Below, piece by piece: positions 50,662 through 59,734 of a stretch of DNA of 64,000 bases. Origin of the DNA: Candidatus Aminicenantes bacterium (GTDB lineage: Bacteria; Acidobacteriota; Aminicenantia; Aminicenantales; JAFGBC01); NCBI GenBank assembly GCA_963702005.1, contig OY969696.1, positions 64,001 through 128,000 of the forward strand, in the 5' to 3' direction. How positions within the stretch are numbered: the first letter of the stretch is position 1; each line of letters opens with the position of its first letter. The position numbers and the translations under genes were made by a program. The notes beneath the pieces are model-generated. The model made no database searches. It saw only the letters and a list, made by a program, of their open reading frames with translations, and was not told the origin of the DNA.

Positions 50662-50847
50662 TTAATGCCTCATCACCAAGCTTCTCAGCACCTGGCCCAG
50701 CTTCGCCCAGGGATACAGGTTTGATACCTGTTCGGCGTCCGCTGAAGCGCATATGGCTTCATAGACCATCCTAGAGCCCTCCATCTCCAGCTTCCCGAGC
50801 ACCGGACTGAAATAGGCCTTGCGCTCCTGCGGGTGGCCGTAGTCCAT
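50662..50847 (-). pseudogene. Duplicated 3' fragment of the phosphoesterase gene at the window end
   Basis: MDYGHPQERKAYFSPVLGKLEMEGSRMVYEAICAS... nearly identical to 63348-63525. Confidence 0.88.
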
Positions 50848-50891
50848 GAACCAGTGCTGGATTCTGGGTGAATAATGCTAAATGAAGTGCC

Positions 50892-51208
50892 TTGCTAAAT
50901 AAAGCCATATTTATCGATGTCATGTTTCGCTCCGCCTCCGTGCTGTCGCGCTGAGAGATCAAAGATCCCATTTCGAAGCGGGAGCTATCACGCTATACAG
51001 CTATAAAAGAGACCAAGGATAGGGCTGTTGATGAATTGCGGAAGTTGGGATTTGAGACAATCGGTCTTCCTGCCGACTTTGGCGTTTCGATTTCGGGATC
51101 ATCTGACCTTGTGCGTAAGACCTTTTGCGAGGGTAGTCTAGCAGTGCCGAGTCATTAGCAAAGTGGATTGAATGGGTTCGTATTCCGCTACCAGTAGAAT
51201 TCTACTGA
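50892..51208 (+). pseudogene. Degraded small gene (resembles a subtilase propeptide-like domain)
   Basis: Protein-like frame ...AVDELRKLGFETIG...GVSISGS.DLVRKTF...LAVP / LAKWIEWVRIPLPVEFY with one in-frame TGA and one frameshift. Confidence 0.35.
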
Positions 51209-51533
51209 TCTGAAATCATCATGGGCTGGAGGTTATTTAGCCCCGAGATAGGGAGGATCAATTCTCTTTTATTAATCTCTCAGAAATTGGAATTTCTAGT
51301 CTAGAATTCGTTTTTTTGGTTGGCAGTGACGTTGGTAGGGAAGCAGTGGGCAATACCAACGCCTTTGGCGGTTTAATCGTGCTACTTTGATCAGTTGAAC
51401 TTACTACCCAAAGAACCGGCGTTATAAACAGCCGGGCAGAGGTGGGACGGCTCAACTATATCATTTTGTATTATCTATTGTCCTACGCTGGAACCCGGAA
51501 TGCTTAATTAATACTCATCAAACATATTTTGAA

Positions 51534-52013
51534 TTATCCGTAGGTATCTCCCGGGGGCGGCAGGTACACCGTTTTACCGGCTACATAAACAGACCGAATC
51601 GCCCCTCCGGCATGTTTTAATGGTACTGACCAAACGAGCTTATCTGGCGATCTATCATACGTAAGATAAGGCTCTCCGATAGTCTCATCCGGCTGAAGCA
51701 TTGTTGCAGCGCGGGATTTAATACGTTCGGCATCGAGCCAGTCCCCGGCCTCCGGGCATCCTGAAAGCTCACCAGCCCGGCGTTGAAATGTGGAAAAACG
51801 CACTATATTACCATCCGGTAGGAACTGGAAGAAGCCGGCAATATAGTTGCCTGCTGTAACCGCGACGTACCAGGAATGAAGCCGACCATCTGATTCCTTA
51901 ACCTCAATTGGCATAGCTATTTTAACGGACATGCCGACCAAGCTATTCCCCATCTTTCCGCTGCGTAGCAATTTTTGTGCCTGAATCCGGATTTGGCTGG
52001 CGTCCATTATCAA
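51534..52013 (-). CDS. Hypothetical protein, partner of the C39-like peptidase
   Basis: Starts 9 bp after the peptidase stop, co-oriented. Confidence 0.6.
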   Translation of the reverse strand: MIMDASQIRIQAQKLLRSGKMGNSLVGMSVKIAMPIEVKESDGRLHSWYVAVTAGNYIAGFFQFLPDGNIVRFSTFQRRAGELSGCPEAGDWLDAERIKSRAATMLQPDETIGEPYLTYDRSPDKLVWSVPLKHAGGAIRSVYVAGKTVYLPPPGDTYG

Positions 52014-52022
52014 CCGACAGAA

Positions 52023-53213
52023 TTAAACCTCTTTAAGAACCGCAGTAAATGCGTATCGGTAAATATGTGCATTAAAGTTCTCCCATCTTGTAATAACGCC
52101 ACCGGCTTCCGGATGAGCGCAATCGGTAGGCGGCCACGGATCGTAGACCAGCAAGCCTTTAAAGGGGAGCTGGTTGGGAAGGTGGATCATTGAGTTGGTG
52201 TATCCGGCAACCGTTCGTGAATGACCGGGAAGGAAGCTTATTAGCGGACGGTTGGCTTTGATTTCGGTCGGATAGGTGGACCATGCCGGATTAGCGACAG
52301 CAGTAGCATCGAGGGTATTGGAAGATAGCTTCTCTATCGTATCCACGACTTTATGCTCATCTCCATACGGCAGACCATTGGGATGGTCGCAGGTTCCCAA
52401 ATCCATTTCAATGGCAAGGCGGGGCTGGCTGTATTGATAGCGATAGAAATTCATGAGCATTTCCACGCTGGCGGCGACGCACCAGACAGGGGTCTGCTGA
52501 CCGCGTAGCTCATAGCATGGATGATGGTCGTCATCCCGGGGCGAATAATGTATTTCACGCGTATCCACGAGTTTGATGATAATCTTATCTACATCGAAAA
52601 TCGACTTGTTGATAACAAGCGGATTAAGGCGGCTAACAGTCGGGGTGTCCCATACAGCCCTACGCTCTTTAAAGCTGCGCATTCTGGCAGTTTTAATCTC
52701 TGCGGGCATTTCCTCGATCAGGCTCCAGCGTTCGAAGTAAGACGGTTCCATAGGTTTATGCCGCGTAGATTGCGTCGGTACTTCCGCCCAGCTCTTCCAT
52801 TCAAGCATCAGCACTTCTTGCCCTTTCAAGAGAAACTGAATGGCTATTTTTGGGAAACTGTAAGCCACAAAACGGGCGCTATCAAACTGTATTGAACGGC
52901 TCTTTTTACGCGCCTCGGCGCTGGCCTGCTCTAGAATTGTTTTTTCATTCCACACTTCCCCCATAGTAACAGCTAATAGCAGCTCACCCAAGATATCGTT
53001 GGCCGCGATATCAGTATATCCGGCGGAAGTACGACCCCGGCTTAACGGCAAGCGGTAGAACAATATCGTGCCATTAATATCATAAACAGGTGTTCCAGTG
53101 GCCGGAACGCTGACTTTATCGAATTCACTGCCGAGGACTTCAGTGATGCGGAGGGCATTTAACTCAAAGCCCGCAAGACGCTGAATCTGTTTGATAGAGA
53201 CTGGCATATTCAT
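52023..53213 (-). CDS. Papain-like cysteine protease (C39-like)
   Basis: Q...WCVAAS, GHSRTVAGY, VYDPWP give a putative Cys-His-Asp triad. Confidence 0.78.
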   Translation of the reverse strand: MNMPVSIKQIQRLAGFELNALRITEVLGSEFDKVSVPATGTPVYDINGTILFYRLPLSRGRTSAGYTDIAANDILGELLLAVTMGEVWNEKTILEQASAEARKKSRSIQFDSARFVAYSFPKIAIQFLLKGQEVLMLEWKSWAEVPTQSTRHKPMEPSYFERWSLIEEMPAEIKTARMRSFKERRAVWDTPTVSRLNPLVINKSIFDVDKIIIKLVDTREIHYSPRDDDHHPCYELRGQQTPVWCVAASVEMLMNFYRYQYSQPRLAIEMDLGTCDHPNGLPYGDEHKVVDTIEKLSSNTLDATAVANPAWSTYPTEIKANRPLISFLPGHSRTVAGYTNSMIHLPNQLPFKGLLVYDPWPPTDCAHPEAGGVITRWENFNAHIYRYAFTAVLKEV

Positions 53214-53489
53214 CTCCTTATATAAAGATTAAACTCCCCCCTGCCCTGTACTAAAGCAAGGCATCAAAAAGGAAACGGCCATTTCCCTTAAGCTACTAAA
53301 TGCATATTAAATATAGAATAATAATTGCAAATGTCAAGAGTAACACGCTCGGAAAGATTATATTTTTTTGAATAGGGAAATGGGTACATGCCGATAGGAA
53401 TTTCCTTTTTCCACCCAGCTTAATAGCGCCGGCTTCAGACTCAGAATGAAACTTCCTCGCTCACCTCGGCCGCGATCAGGGCCTCTCAC

Positions 53490-53784
53490 TTAAGTACCAA
53501 AAAATACCCCGCCAAACAAAAATGAAAAGGGCGGACTGCCCAATCCGGGCATCCATCCTTCTTTTCGAATAATCGCTGATAATAGCGGCAGACGTCTCTT
53601 GAACTTGGGCTCATCGGCACATACGATCTGATCGTGGATTCCCTCTCGGTCATCGGTCAGGAAGTGCGCCTCTTTGTCGGGCAAGAACTGCTTTAAAAAC
53701 ATACTTAAGCAGACGCTGGGACTTGTCCGTCTGGCTCATCGTTTTCCCGAAGTGCAGGTCGCTGACGTGAATGATCCGAATCAT
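53490..53784 (-). pseudogene. Metallophosphoesterase 5' remnant
   Basis: AAGGAGG RBS then MIRIIHVSDLHFG..., frame ends after 44 codons. Confidence 0.55.
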
Positions 53785-53870
53785 GGTGCCTCCTTCTTCA
53801 TGGGATACTCAATCAGGGCAATTGTTAGCGATAATCAGGCTATTAGGGAAAGCGCTCGCGTTCATGACTC

Positions 53871-54302
53871 TCAATTTCGTTGCTTATCTTTAGCGCATTC
53901 GTCATATTTTTCTAGGTGATCTAGGTCAAACCGAACAGAAGAAAAGAGGATTGGACCATCGAGCTTAATCGTGCAACTGTAATCGAACATTATTAGCCTT
54001 TGGCCATCGTAAACTTTTAATAGGTAATATGTCCGATGAGGGATAACTTCCAGGCGATATTTCTTCAAGAGTCTATAGCGGCTTTCGCTAACTTCTTTTT
54101 TGACGATACTCAACAAATTGGCCGCATCAAAATCATCGGGGATATTGCAGCCGTATTCTCCAATAACTTTGTCAGAAGCATACGTTACGGTGGAGCCAAG
54201 CGTTCCGTAATCTCTTTTTTGCTTTTCGATGCTTGATATACAGCAAGCCGCTGCGATCAGCAAGATTGCCGCAATAAAAAAGATCCGAATTTTCTTGGCC
54301 AT
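53871..54302 (-). CDS. Putative lipoprotein
   Basis: Signal peptide ending IAAAC. Confidence 0.6.
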   Translation of the reverse strand: MAKKIRIFFIAAILLIAAACCISSIEKQKRDYGTLGSTVTYASDKVIGEYGCNIPDDFDAANLLSIVKKEVSESRYRLLKKYRLEVIPHRTYYLLKVYDGQRLIMFDYSCTIKLDGPILFSSVRFDLDHLEKYDECAKDKQRN

Positions 54303-54303
54303 T

Positions 54304-55221
54304 TTAGCCCCAGTAGGTCATGACGTTGGTCAGGGCATCGATGCCCGTATCAAGGTTCCAGTTTTTAATTACATCGGCGACGACAAAAGGAGATCTCAGA
54401 CCCTCGTACAACCTGTTCCAGGCATCGACGACATTTTTTACAGACCGTTCAAAGCCGTCCTCTAAGAACGTTCCAATATTTCCGCCCGGGAGTTTGACAT
54501 TTGCATAGTAATCCTGGTAATCCTGCGGAAAGTCATGCCTAATTTCCTCCGCAGTTTTGTATAAATATCTTTTTCCAAGACCAAGGTGTCTAAAAAAGGC
54601 CGCTATCTCGGAACCATCGATGGTATCAAGAGCGGTCGTGTATGTATCAAACCAGAGTCTCGGATTCGGATTATCTTTCCGGGCATAGGCCTTCCGTGCG
54701 AGGCCCTTCCAGAACTTCAACAATTCATCAAAGCCAGCATGATTTCTACAGAACCTTGGGATGTCTATGAACTCAGCATAGGTAATGTCAATATTCTTCT
54801 GCTTGAAGAATATCAGAGAATCCTGCGCCATCTCGCACGCGCAGTGCCTTGCCTTGTTTTGCGCGTAGGGCCCAACTATGGCTTCTACGATCGGATGGAT
54901 AGTAACGTCCGCGACCAGATGAGATACGTAGCCCATCAGCCAGACGAACGAAAGCTCGTCCGAATCCTGCCAGTCGGAAACCCGATTTTTTAATTGGCCA
55001 AATCCGAGCTCCACTATGAGGTTGGTTTTCTCATAATGCATGCAGTCAGCCCAATTAGTTTTGCCTGTCTTAAAACTAAGATATGGCAAGTCCGGGCTTA
55101 CTGAACCCAAAAACAAGAATTGCGAATACTTGTTGAGGATTCGCATGAGTCCCGTGCCCAGCAGTTCGCCTTTTCTCTTTGCTGCATCGCTTATGATGAA
55201 ATGAGTAAATGCCCCGGCCAT
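54304..55221 (-). CDS. Zinc-dependent phospholipase C family protein
   Basis: AFTH N-terminus, GSVSPDLPY, MHY, GYVSHLVAD...HP, H..CE. Confidence 0.82.
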   Translation of the reverse strand: MAGAFTHFIISDAAKRKGELLGTGLMRILNKYSQFLFLGSVSPDLPYLSFKTGKTNWADCMHYEKTNLIVELGFGQLKNRVSDWQDSDELSFVWLMGYVSHLVADVTIHPIVEAIVGPYAQNKARHCACEMAQDSLIFFKQKNIDITYAEFIDIPRFCRNHAGFDELLKFWKGLARKAYARKDNPNPRLWFDTYTTALDTIDGSEIAAFFRHLGLGKRYLYKTAEEIRHDFPQDYQDYYANVKLPGGNIGTFLEDGFERSVKNVVDAWNRLYEGLRSPFVVADVIKNWNLDTGIDALTNVMTYWG

Positions 55222-55297
55222 TTCCCCCTCCTTGCGGTTCTTTCTTTTTATCCCCTTTTTGCCTTTTCTCCGGGATCCGGAATCCCGTCCAGCCAAT

Positions 55298-56344
55298 TCA
55301 CCAGATTCTTTCAGCCTTCTTGCTTTCGACCTTGTCCTGGACGTCCTTGGGCAGGGACGACAGGAAATCCAGACCGGTCATTTGCTCAATCTCGTCTATC
55401 GATACGAGGTATTCGCCGTAAGCGTGGCCTCTCAGGTCCTTGTTGGGCAGGAGGAAGGCCAGCGCTTCCACGTCGTTCTGATTCTTGGCGTCGATGACGA
55501 TCTTGAAGAAGTGGGTGGGCACTGCGACGCTGTCCTTTCCGATCACGGGATAGGAAACCTTTTTATCGGCGACGGCGAATGCCGGACCCGTAATCACCGT
55601 CAGGGTGCCCTTCTGTTCCACCCATCCCCTCACGGCCTCCTCCAGGTCTTTCCAGATGCCCTGATTAAATCCAACGCCTACTTGCGGGGCCATGTTCGAG
55701 AGCAGGAAGCTCTCGGCCATCACTTTATCGCTTCTGCTCATGTCCGCAGCCGGCGCTTGGTGTCCCCTGTCGTAGCCGCTGCCCGCGTAGTCGCTCAGTT
55801 CGGCGCGGGAGCCATAAGGTATTGACGTGTCCGGCGCGAATGCGTTCGTCCGCTCGACTCCGCCGCTCAGGTCTCCGGGGCTTATCTCATACTGGACCCA
55901 TACCGGAATCTTCAGCCTGGCATCTTGGGCAAGCGCGTAGCCTTCCCGGAAACGTTCATACAAGGCCTCAGGCTTGCCGACTTTCAAATGGCGATTTGGC
56001 TGTGCCGTTTCTGCGCTTATCTTTTCTTCCGCTGCTGCCGGCGCTTCGACGGTCGCGCCTTCCGCCGTTCCCTCGCAGCGCCTCACGTACGTCTTGTAAA
56101 TCCAGCCCGCCTGCCCGGTGACGGGATTGGACACGTGATAATAGCCGGCCTTTCTGTTCGAGGCGTCGTCCGGATAGATCTGCAGCTGGGCGCCTTCCTC
56201 GACGGCGCAGACCACCGCAGACTTCTTTGTCGGGCCTTCATAAACGTCGGCTTTCCTCGTGACCCTGAGGAAGTCGGCGAACGACAAGCTCGACAGCAAC
56301 GAGAAAAGCAGGCCGAGCCATGCGAGAGATTTAATGGTTTTCAT
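55298..56344 (-). CDS. Secreted DNA/RNA non-specific endonuclease with N-terminal SH3-like domain
   Basis: GYDRGHQAPAAD, SFLLSNMAPQ...FNQGIW..LE..VR, VPTHFFKI; SH3b-like GWIY. Confidence 0.92.
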   Translation of the reverse strand: MKTIKSLAWLGLLFSLLSSLSFADFLRVTRKADVYEGPTKKSAVVCAVEEGAQLQIYPDDASNRKAGYYHVSNPVTGQAGWIYKTYVRRCEGTAEGATVEAPAAAEEKISAETAQPNRHLKVGKPEALYERFREGYALAQDARLKIPVWVQYEISPGDLSGGVERTNAFAPDTSIPYGSRAELSDYAGSGYDRGHQAPAADMSRSDKVMAESFLLSNMAPQVGVGFNQGIWKDLEEAVRGWVEQKGTLTVITGPAFAVADKKVSYPVIGKDSVAVPTHFFKIVIDAKNQNDVEALAFLLPNKDLRGHAYGEYLVSIDEIEQMTGLDFLSSLPKDVQDKVESKKAERIW

Positions 56345-56741
56345 TGGAGGCCTTGACGGCATGCTTTGCCAATTTTGCGGACAGCTTGGCCTGCCTTTCC
56401 TTTTCCGCGCTGCTCATGAAGCCCAGAACGTCCCTGAACAGCTTCACTGAAGCCTTGCTGCCGCCCGAAATTATGGCTCCGGTGATCACGTAGCCAAGAA
56501 AGTTCGTCTTGTCGGCAAGGATGATGATGCTGAGGGCGTCGAATTTCCACAAGAAGCAAACCAGGGCGCATACGAACAGGGAGATGAATTCCTTGGTGCC
56601 CTTGTCTTCGCAGTGCTTTATGAAAAGCCTGTTTTCGAAGATGATGGAAAGGCCCCGTTCAATCAGGAAGGCAAGGACGACGATCGTAACCAAGACCTCA
56701 AACGTTCTTTCCCAGTCGAGATGAAAAAGGTTCGGATCCAT
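56331..56741 (-). CDS. Hypothetical membrane protein
   Basis: Three hydrophobic segments; G.IISGGSK motif; first gene of a 4-gene operon. Confidence 0.6.
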   Translation of the reverse strand: MDPNLFHLDWERTFEVLVTIVVLAFLIERGLSIIFENRLFIKHCEDKGTKEFISLFVCALVCFLWKFDALSIIILADKTNFLGYVITGAIISGGSKASVKLFRDVLGFMSSAEKERQAKLSAKLAKHAVKASNENH

Positions 56742-57055
56742 GGTTTTCCCCCTAAGCTTAAATTTATTTATCGCCCGGAATGGCGATTGCATCCCCCTTC
56801 GGCACTACTCTGAGACGAAAGCACGGGCACTGCTGGTTCCCCCTGCAAATAAAAGCGTTATTGCCAAGGCGTTGCGATTCCCCTCCAAAGACTCCTCTCC
56901 TCCCAATGCCCAATCCTACTCTAAAGAGTTAGTCGTAGTAATGTGGATGAGTTTGAAATTTTATTTAAATATCGGTTGACAACTAGAAGAATTGAGAAAA
57001 GAATATTATTGGGCAAAAGAAAGCTTCTAGTTGAAGAGGGGATTAATAATTCAAG

Positions 57056-58117
57056 ATGCCTAAGAAATCTCGGCAATTTTATTTAATCGGCGCAGTCATA
57101 TTAATTAACGTCGTTTTGATTGGACTAAATATTTTCATCATAAGGGAAAAGAAAAAAGAATTTAAAAGGCTCTCGGAGCTGAGAAAATCAACAGAGGCAA
57201 ACCAATTTTATGAAAATTCCTCCAAGGAATTCATGAATATGGATTGCCCCGAAATCGTAGCGAATTCCGTCGAGGGGAACGGAATCGCGCTTAGGCAATA
57301 CGCCGGAAGCGTAATAATCATTCAGTTCAGCAGATTCTATAAGGAGGATTTGCCCAATCTCGTCTATCTCCAGAACCTTGCCGACAAATATCGAAAATTG
57401 GGCGTTTTCCTGTTGTTCGTTAATACGAGAGGGAAGCAAGATGCGAGTGGGGTGGGAAAATTCGTTACTCTGTCCTACCCCGTCATTGAAGATGATGGAA
57501 CGATACGAGCTCAATTCAATGCGTATCCTGAGGATACGATCATCGTAGACCGCAATTTCAAGATCAAGTTCAAAAACGCCCGGTTTATAAAACCCATTAT
57601 CTACGACGAACTCATTAAGTGGCTTTTTGAAAATCGTGATCAACCAAAATCTTCGGCGCCAGAAGATTTATCCAAATCCATAAAAAGCCTAGTCTATTAT
57701 GACGTTTTGAAGAAAAAGATCATTAGAATGGAGCAAGTCCATAAGAAAATCGTTGCCACCTTCTCTGCTTCTTTGTGTACGGGCTGCGAGGAGAACAGCA
57801 GAATTCAACTATTAAAAGATCTTTCGAGCAAAATTGCTCCGGAAAAAGGGGAGATATTCCTGATCTTCGGGAAAGGCAACAATCCAGATGCGATTCGGCA
57901 ATATGCCATGGTTCAAGAATGGGAGAAAGTTCCCTTCAATATCGGCGTCATCGAGGGCTCCGTCGATATAGATGAAGGTCTTTATTATCAGCTTTTCAAG
58001 CTCGACATTGATCCAAGAACCCTCGTTTTCGATTCGGCCAGAAAGCCGATATTCGTCGAATCCCGTAAAAACACAAATTCGCTTAGCATTGATCCATTAT
58101 TGCGAATGATAAAATGA
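57056..58117 (+). CDS. Membrane-anchored redoxin/thioredoxin-fold protein (two domains)
   Basis: N-terminal TM; redoxin-like LQNLADKY..LGV...YPVI.D...YPEDTIIVD without CxxC; second domain with CTGC. Confidence 0.65.
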   Translation: MPKKSRQFYLIGAVILINVVLIGLNIFIIREKKKEFKRLSELRKSTEANQFYENSSKEFMNMDCPEIVANSVEGNGIALRQYAGSVIIIQFSRFYKEDLPNLVYLQNLADKYRKLGVFLLFVNTRGKQDASGVGKFVTLSYPVIEDDGTIRAQFNAYPEDTIIVDRNFKIKFKNARFIKPIIYDELIKWLFENRDQPKSSAPEDLSKSIKSLVYYDVLKKKIIRMEQVHKKIVATFSASLCTGCEENSRIQLLKDLSSKIAPEKGEIFLIFGKGNNPDAIRQYAMVQEWEKVPFNIGVIEGSVDIDEGLYYQLFKLDIDPRTLVFDSARKPIFVESRKNTNSLSIDPLLRMIK

Positions 58118-59256
58118 AGCAACCGAGGGTGCTGATAATTCTCATTTTAGGAACAAGTTGTCTATTAACGGGCTATCGGAATGCTCCAGCATCGCGGACG
58201 ATTAGCAAGTTGGAAAAAAGATCTGAGAGACATCGGTCTGTTTTGACCAAAAATGCAGCACTCCTAGGCATTTCAGACAAAGAACGAATCACTTCTCTTG
58301 AAGAAATAGGCAAAATAGAAAACGGGTTTAGCAGCGCTGATGATAACTATTTTGAAAACATCAATTCAGTTTGCTTGGACGCCAATAATAATTTATACGT
58401 TGCCGATTCTGGAGTCCATAAAATATTCAAATTTAACGATCGAGGGAAATTTCTGTTTTCTTTTGGAAAACTGGGTCAGGATAAGGCAGAATTCTTGGGA
58501 ACAATGAGGATTTCTATAGGCAACGATGGGAAGCTCTACATAACCGATGATGGAAATTGGCGTTTGTCTATTTATGATCTGGAAGGACATTTTATCCAGC
58601 AGTTCCCGATAGACAAGTATATCTATGACATCGCTCTAGCGAAATCGAATGGCGATATATACCTCATCTCGCCAAGTGGAATAAGTCTAATCGATTACTA
58701 TGATAAAGAAATGCATCTGAAAGGCTCCTTGGTTGAATATTCTAGCCACCTTGATTTCCCCTATGAAGTCCCTCCGAAAAAAATGCTTAAATTAATGTCT
58801 AGGCCGTCGATCATTGATTTAAAAAAACTCATGACCAAAAAGGATGAACTAATTCTCGTTTCTAATAATTCGCTATTTATCTTTTTGATAGATAACGATC
58901 ATAGGATTAAAAACAAATTCAGAATCGCGCATCCTCGGCTTATAGAGAATTATATAAAGCGCTTAAAGGAAATAGAGTTAAAAGGAGGCTGGCTCCAGTG
59001 CTTTGGCTCAGCATTTCTCGATAGCAAAGAGAACATTTGTCTTTGTTATTACAACACGGACATAGAGCAACCCGAGATCTATCGATATAGCACAAACGGG
59101 TTTTTTATCGATGTTATAAGAATGAATGTATCCGGCGAAAACGAAGCCCAATCGAATCGTGTCCTCGAGGCTTGCGATAGCAAAGGTAATATGTATTCAA
59201 TTGATTCGAATTTACAAAAAATCGTTATTTATCGAGAAAAAAGGGAACATGAATAA
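58114..59256 (+). CDS. Secreted NHL / 6-bladed beta-propeller protein
   Basis: NNLYVADSG.HKIFKF...G.FLFSFGK.GQ..AEF; ATGA coupling. Confidence 0.82.
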   Translation: MKQPRVLIILILGTSCLLTGYRNAPASRTISKLEKRSERHRSVLTKNAALLGISDKERITSLEEIGKIENGFSSADDNYFENINSVCLDANNNLYVADSGVHKIFKFNDRGKFLFSFGKLGQDKAEFLGTMRISIGNDGKLYITDDGNWRLSIYDLEGHFIQQFPIDKYIYDIALAKSNGDIYLISPSGISLIDYYDKEMHLKGSLVEYSSHLDFPYEVPPKKMLKLMSRPSIIDLKKLMTKKDELILVSNNSLFIFLIDNDHRIKNKFRIAHPRLIENYIKRLKEIELKGGWLQCFGSAFLDSKENICLCYYNTDIEQPEIYRYSTNGFFIDVIRMNVSGENEAQSNRVLEACDSKGNMYSIDSNLQKIVIYREKREHE

Positions 59257-59307
59257 CGTTGGTTTCAAAATTGGAGTTAATTACCCTAATTTCATAGGAG
59301 GTGCAAG

Positions 59308-59610
59308 ATGAAAAAAGGGTTGCGTGGAGGGATTCTTGCTATGTTCGTTCTCCTCTGTGTCATGACCGTTGCCAATCTCGTGTATTCTACGTGGCCTTGT
59401 GAGCTAGCAGGCCCAACTAGTCAGTGCAATCATATAGCAACCCTGTACTGTCGCGGCATCTGCGGCGGCACAGGTAAGTGCCAAAGTGTCATTTGGAATT
59501 ACAATTTCTGTAATGATGAAATGTGCTATGAGAGATATGTAATCATATGCACAGATGGAAGAGAATATTCTTATGATTGCAATAGCAATGCTGGCTTCTG
59601 TCCGAAATGA
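59308..59610 (+). CDS. Secreted Cys-rich small protein
   Basis: AGGAGGT RBS; Sec-type signal; 10 Cys in the mature region. Confidence 0.72.
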   Translation: MKKGLRGGILAMFVLLCVMTVANLVYSTWPCELAGPTSQCNHIATLYCRGICGGTGKCQSVIWNYNFCNDEMCYERYVIICTDGREYSYDCNSNAGFCPK

Positions 59611-59734
59611 AGGCCTTAAGCATATAAATATAAATCGACTGATTTAAGGACCTATTTTCGGCCTTGGATTATAAGGAGTATTTCTGTTCAAGTCAAAATT
59701 GAAGGTGGCAGGTTTTTCATTTCCATTAGGATTA

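Noticed and set aside
51400-51530. Integron attC site
   Set aside because: A GTTRRRY core is present on the minus strand but no matching inverse core, and no IntI seen
52023-53213. C39-like protease as the RiPP leader peptidase
   Set aside because: About 13 kb away in another cargo block, and the precursors have AxA rather than double-Gly cleavage sites
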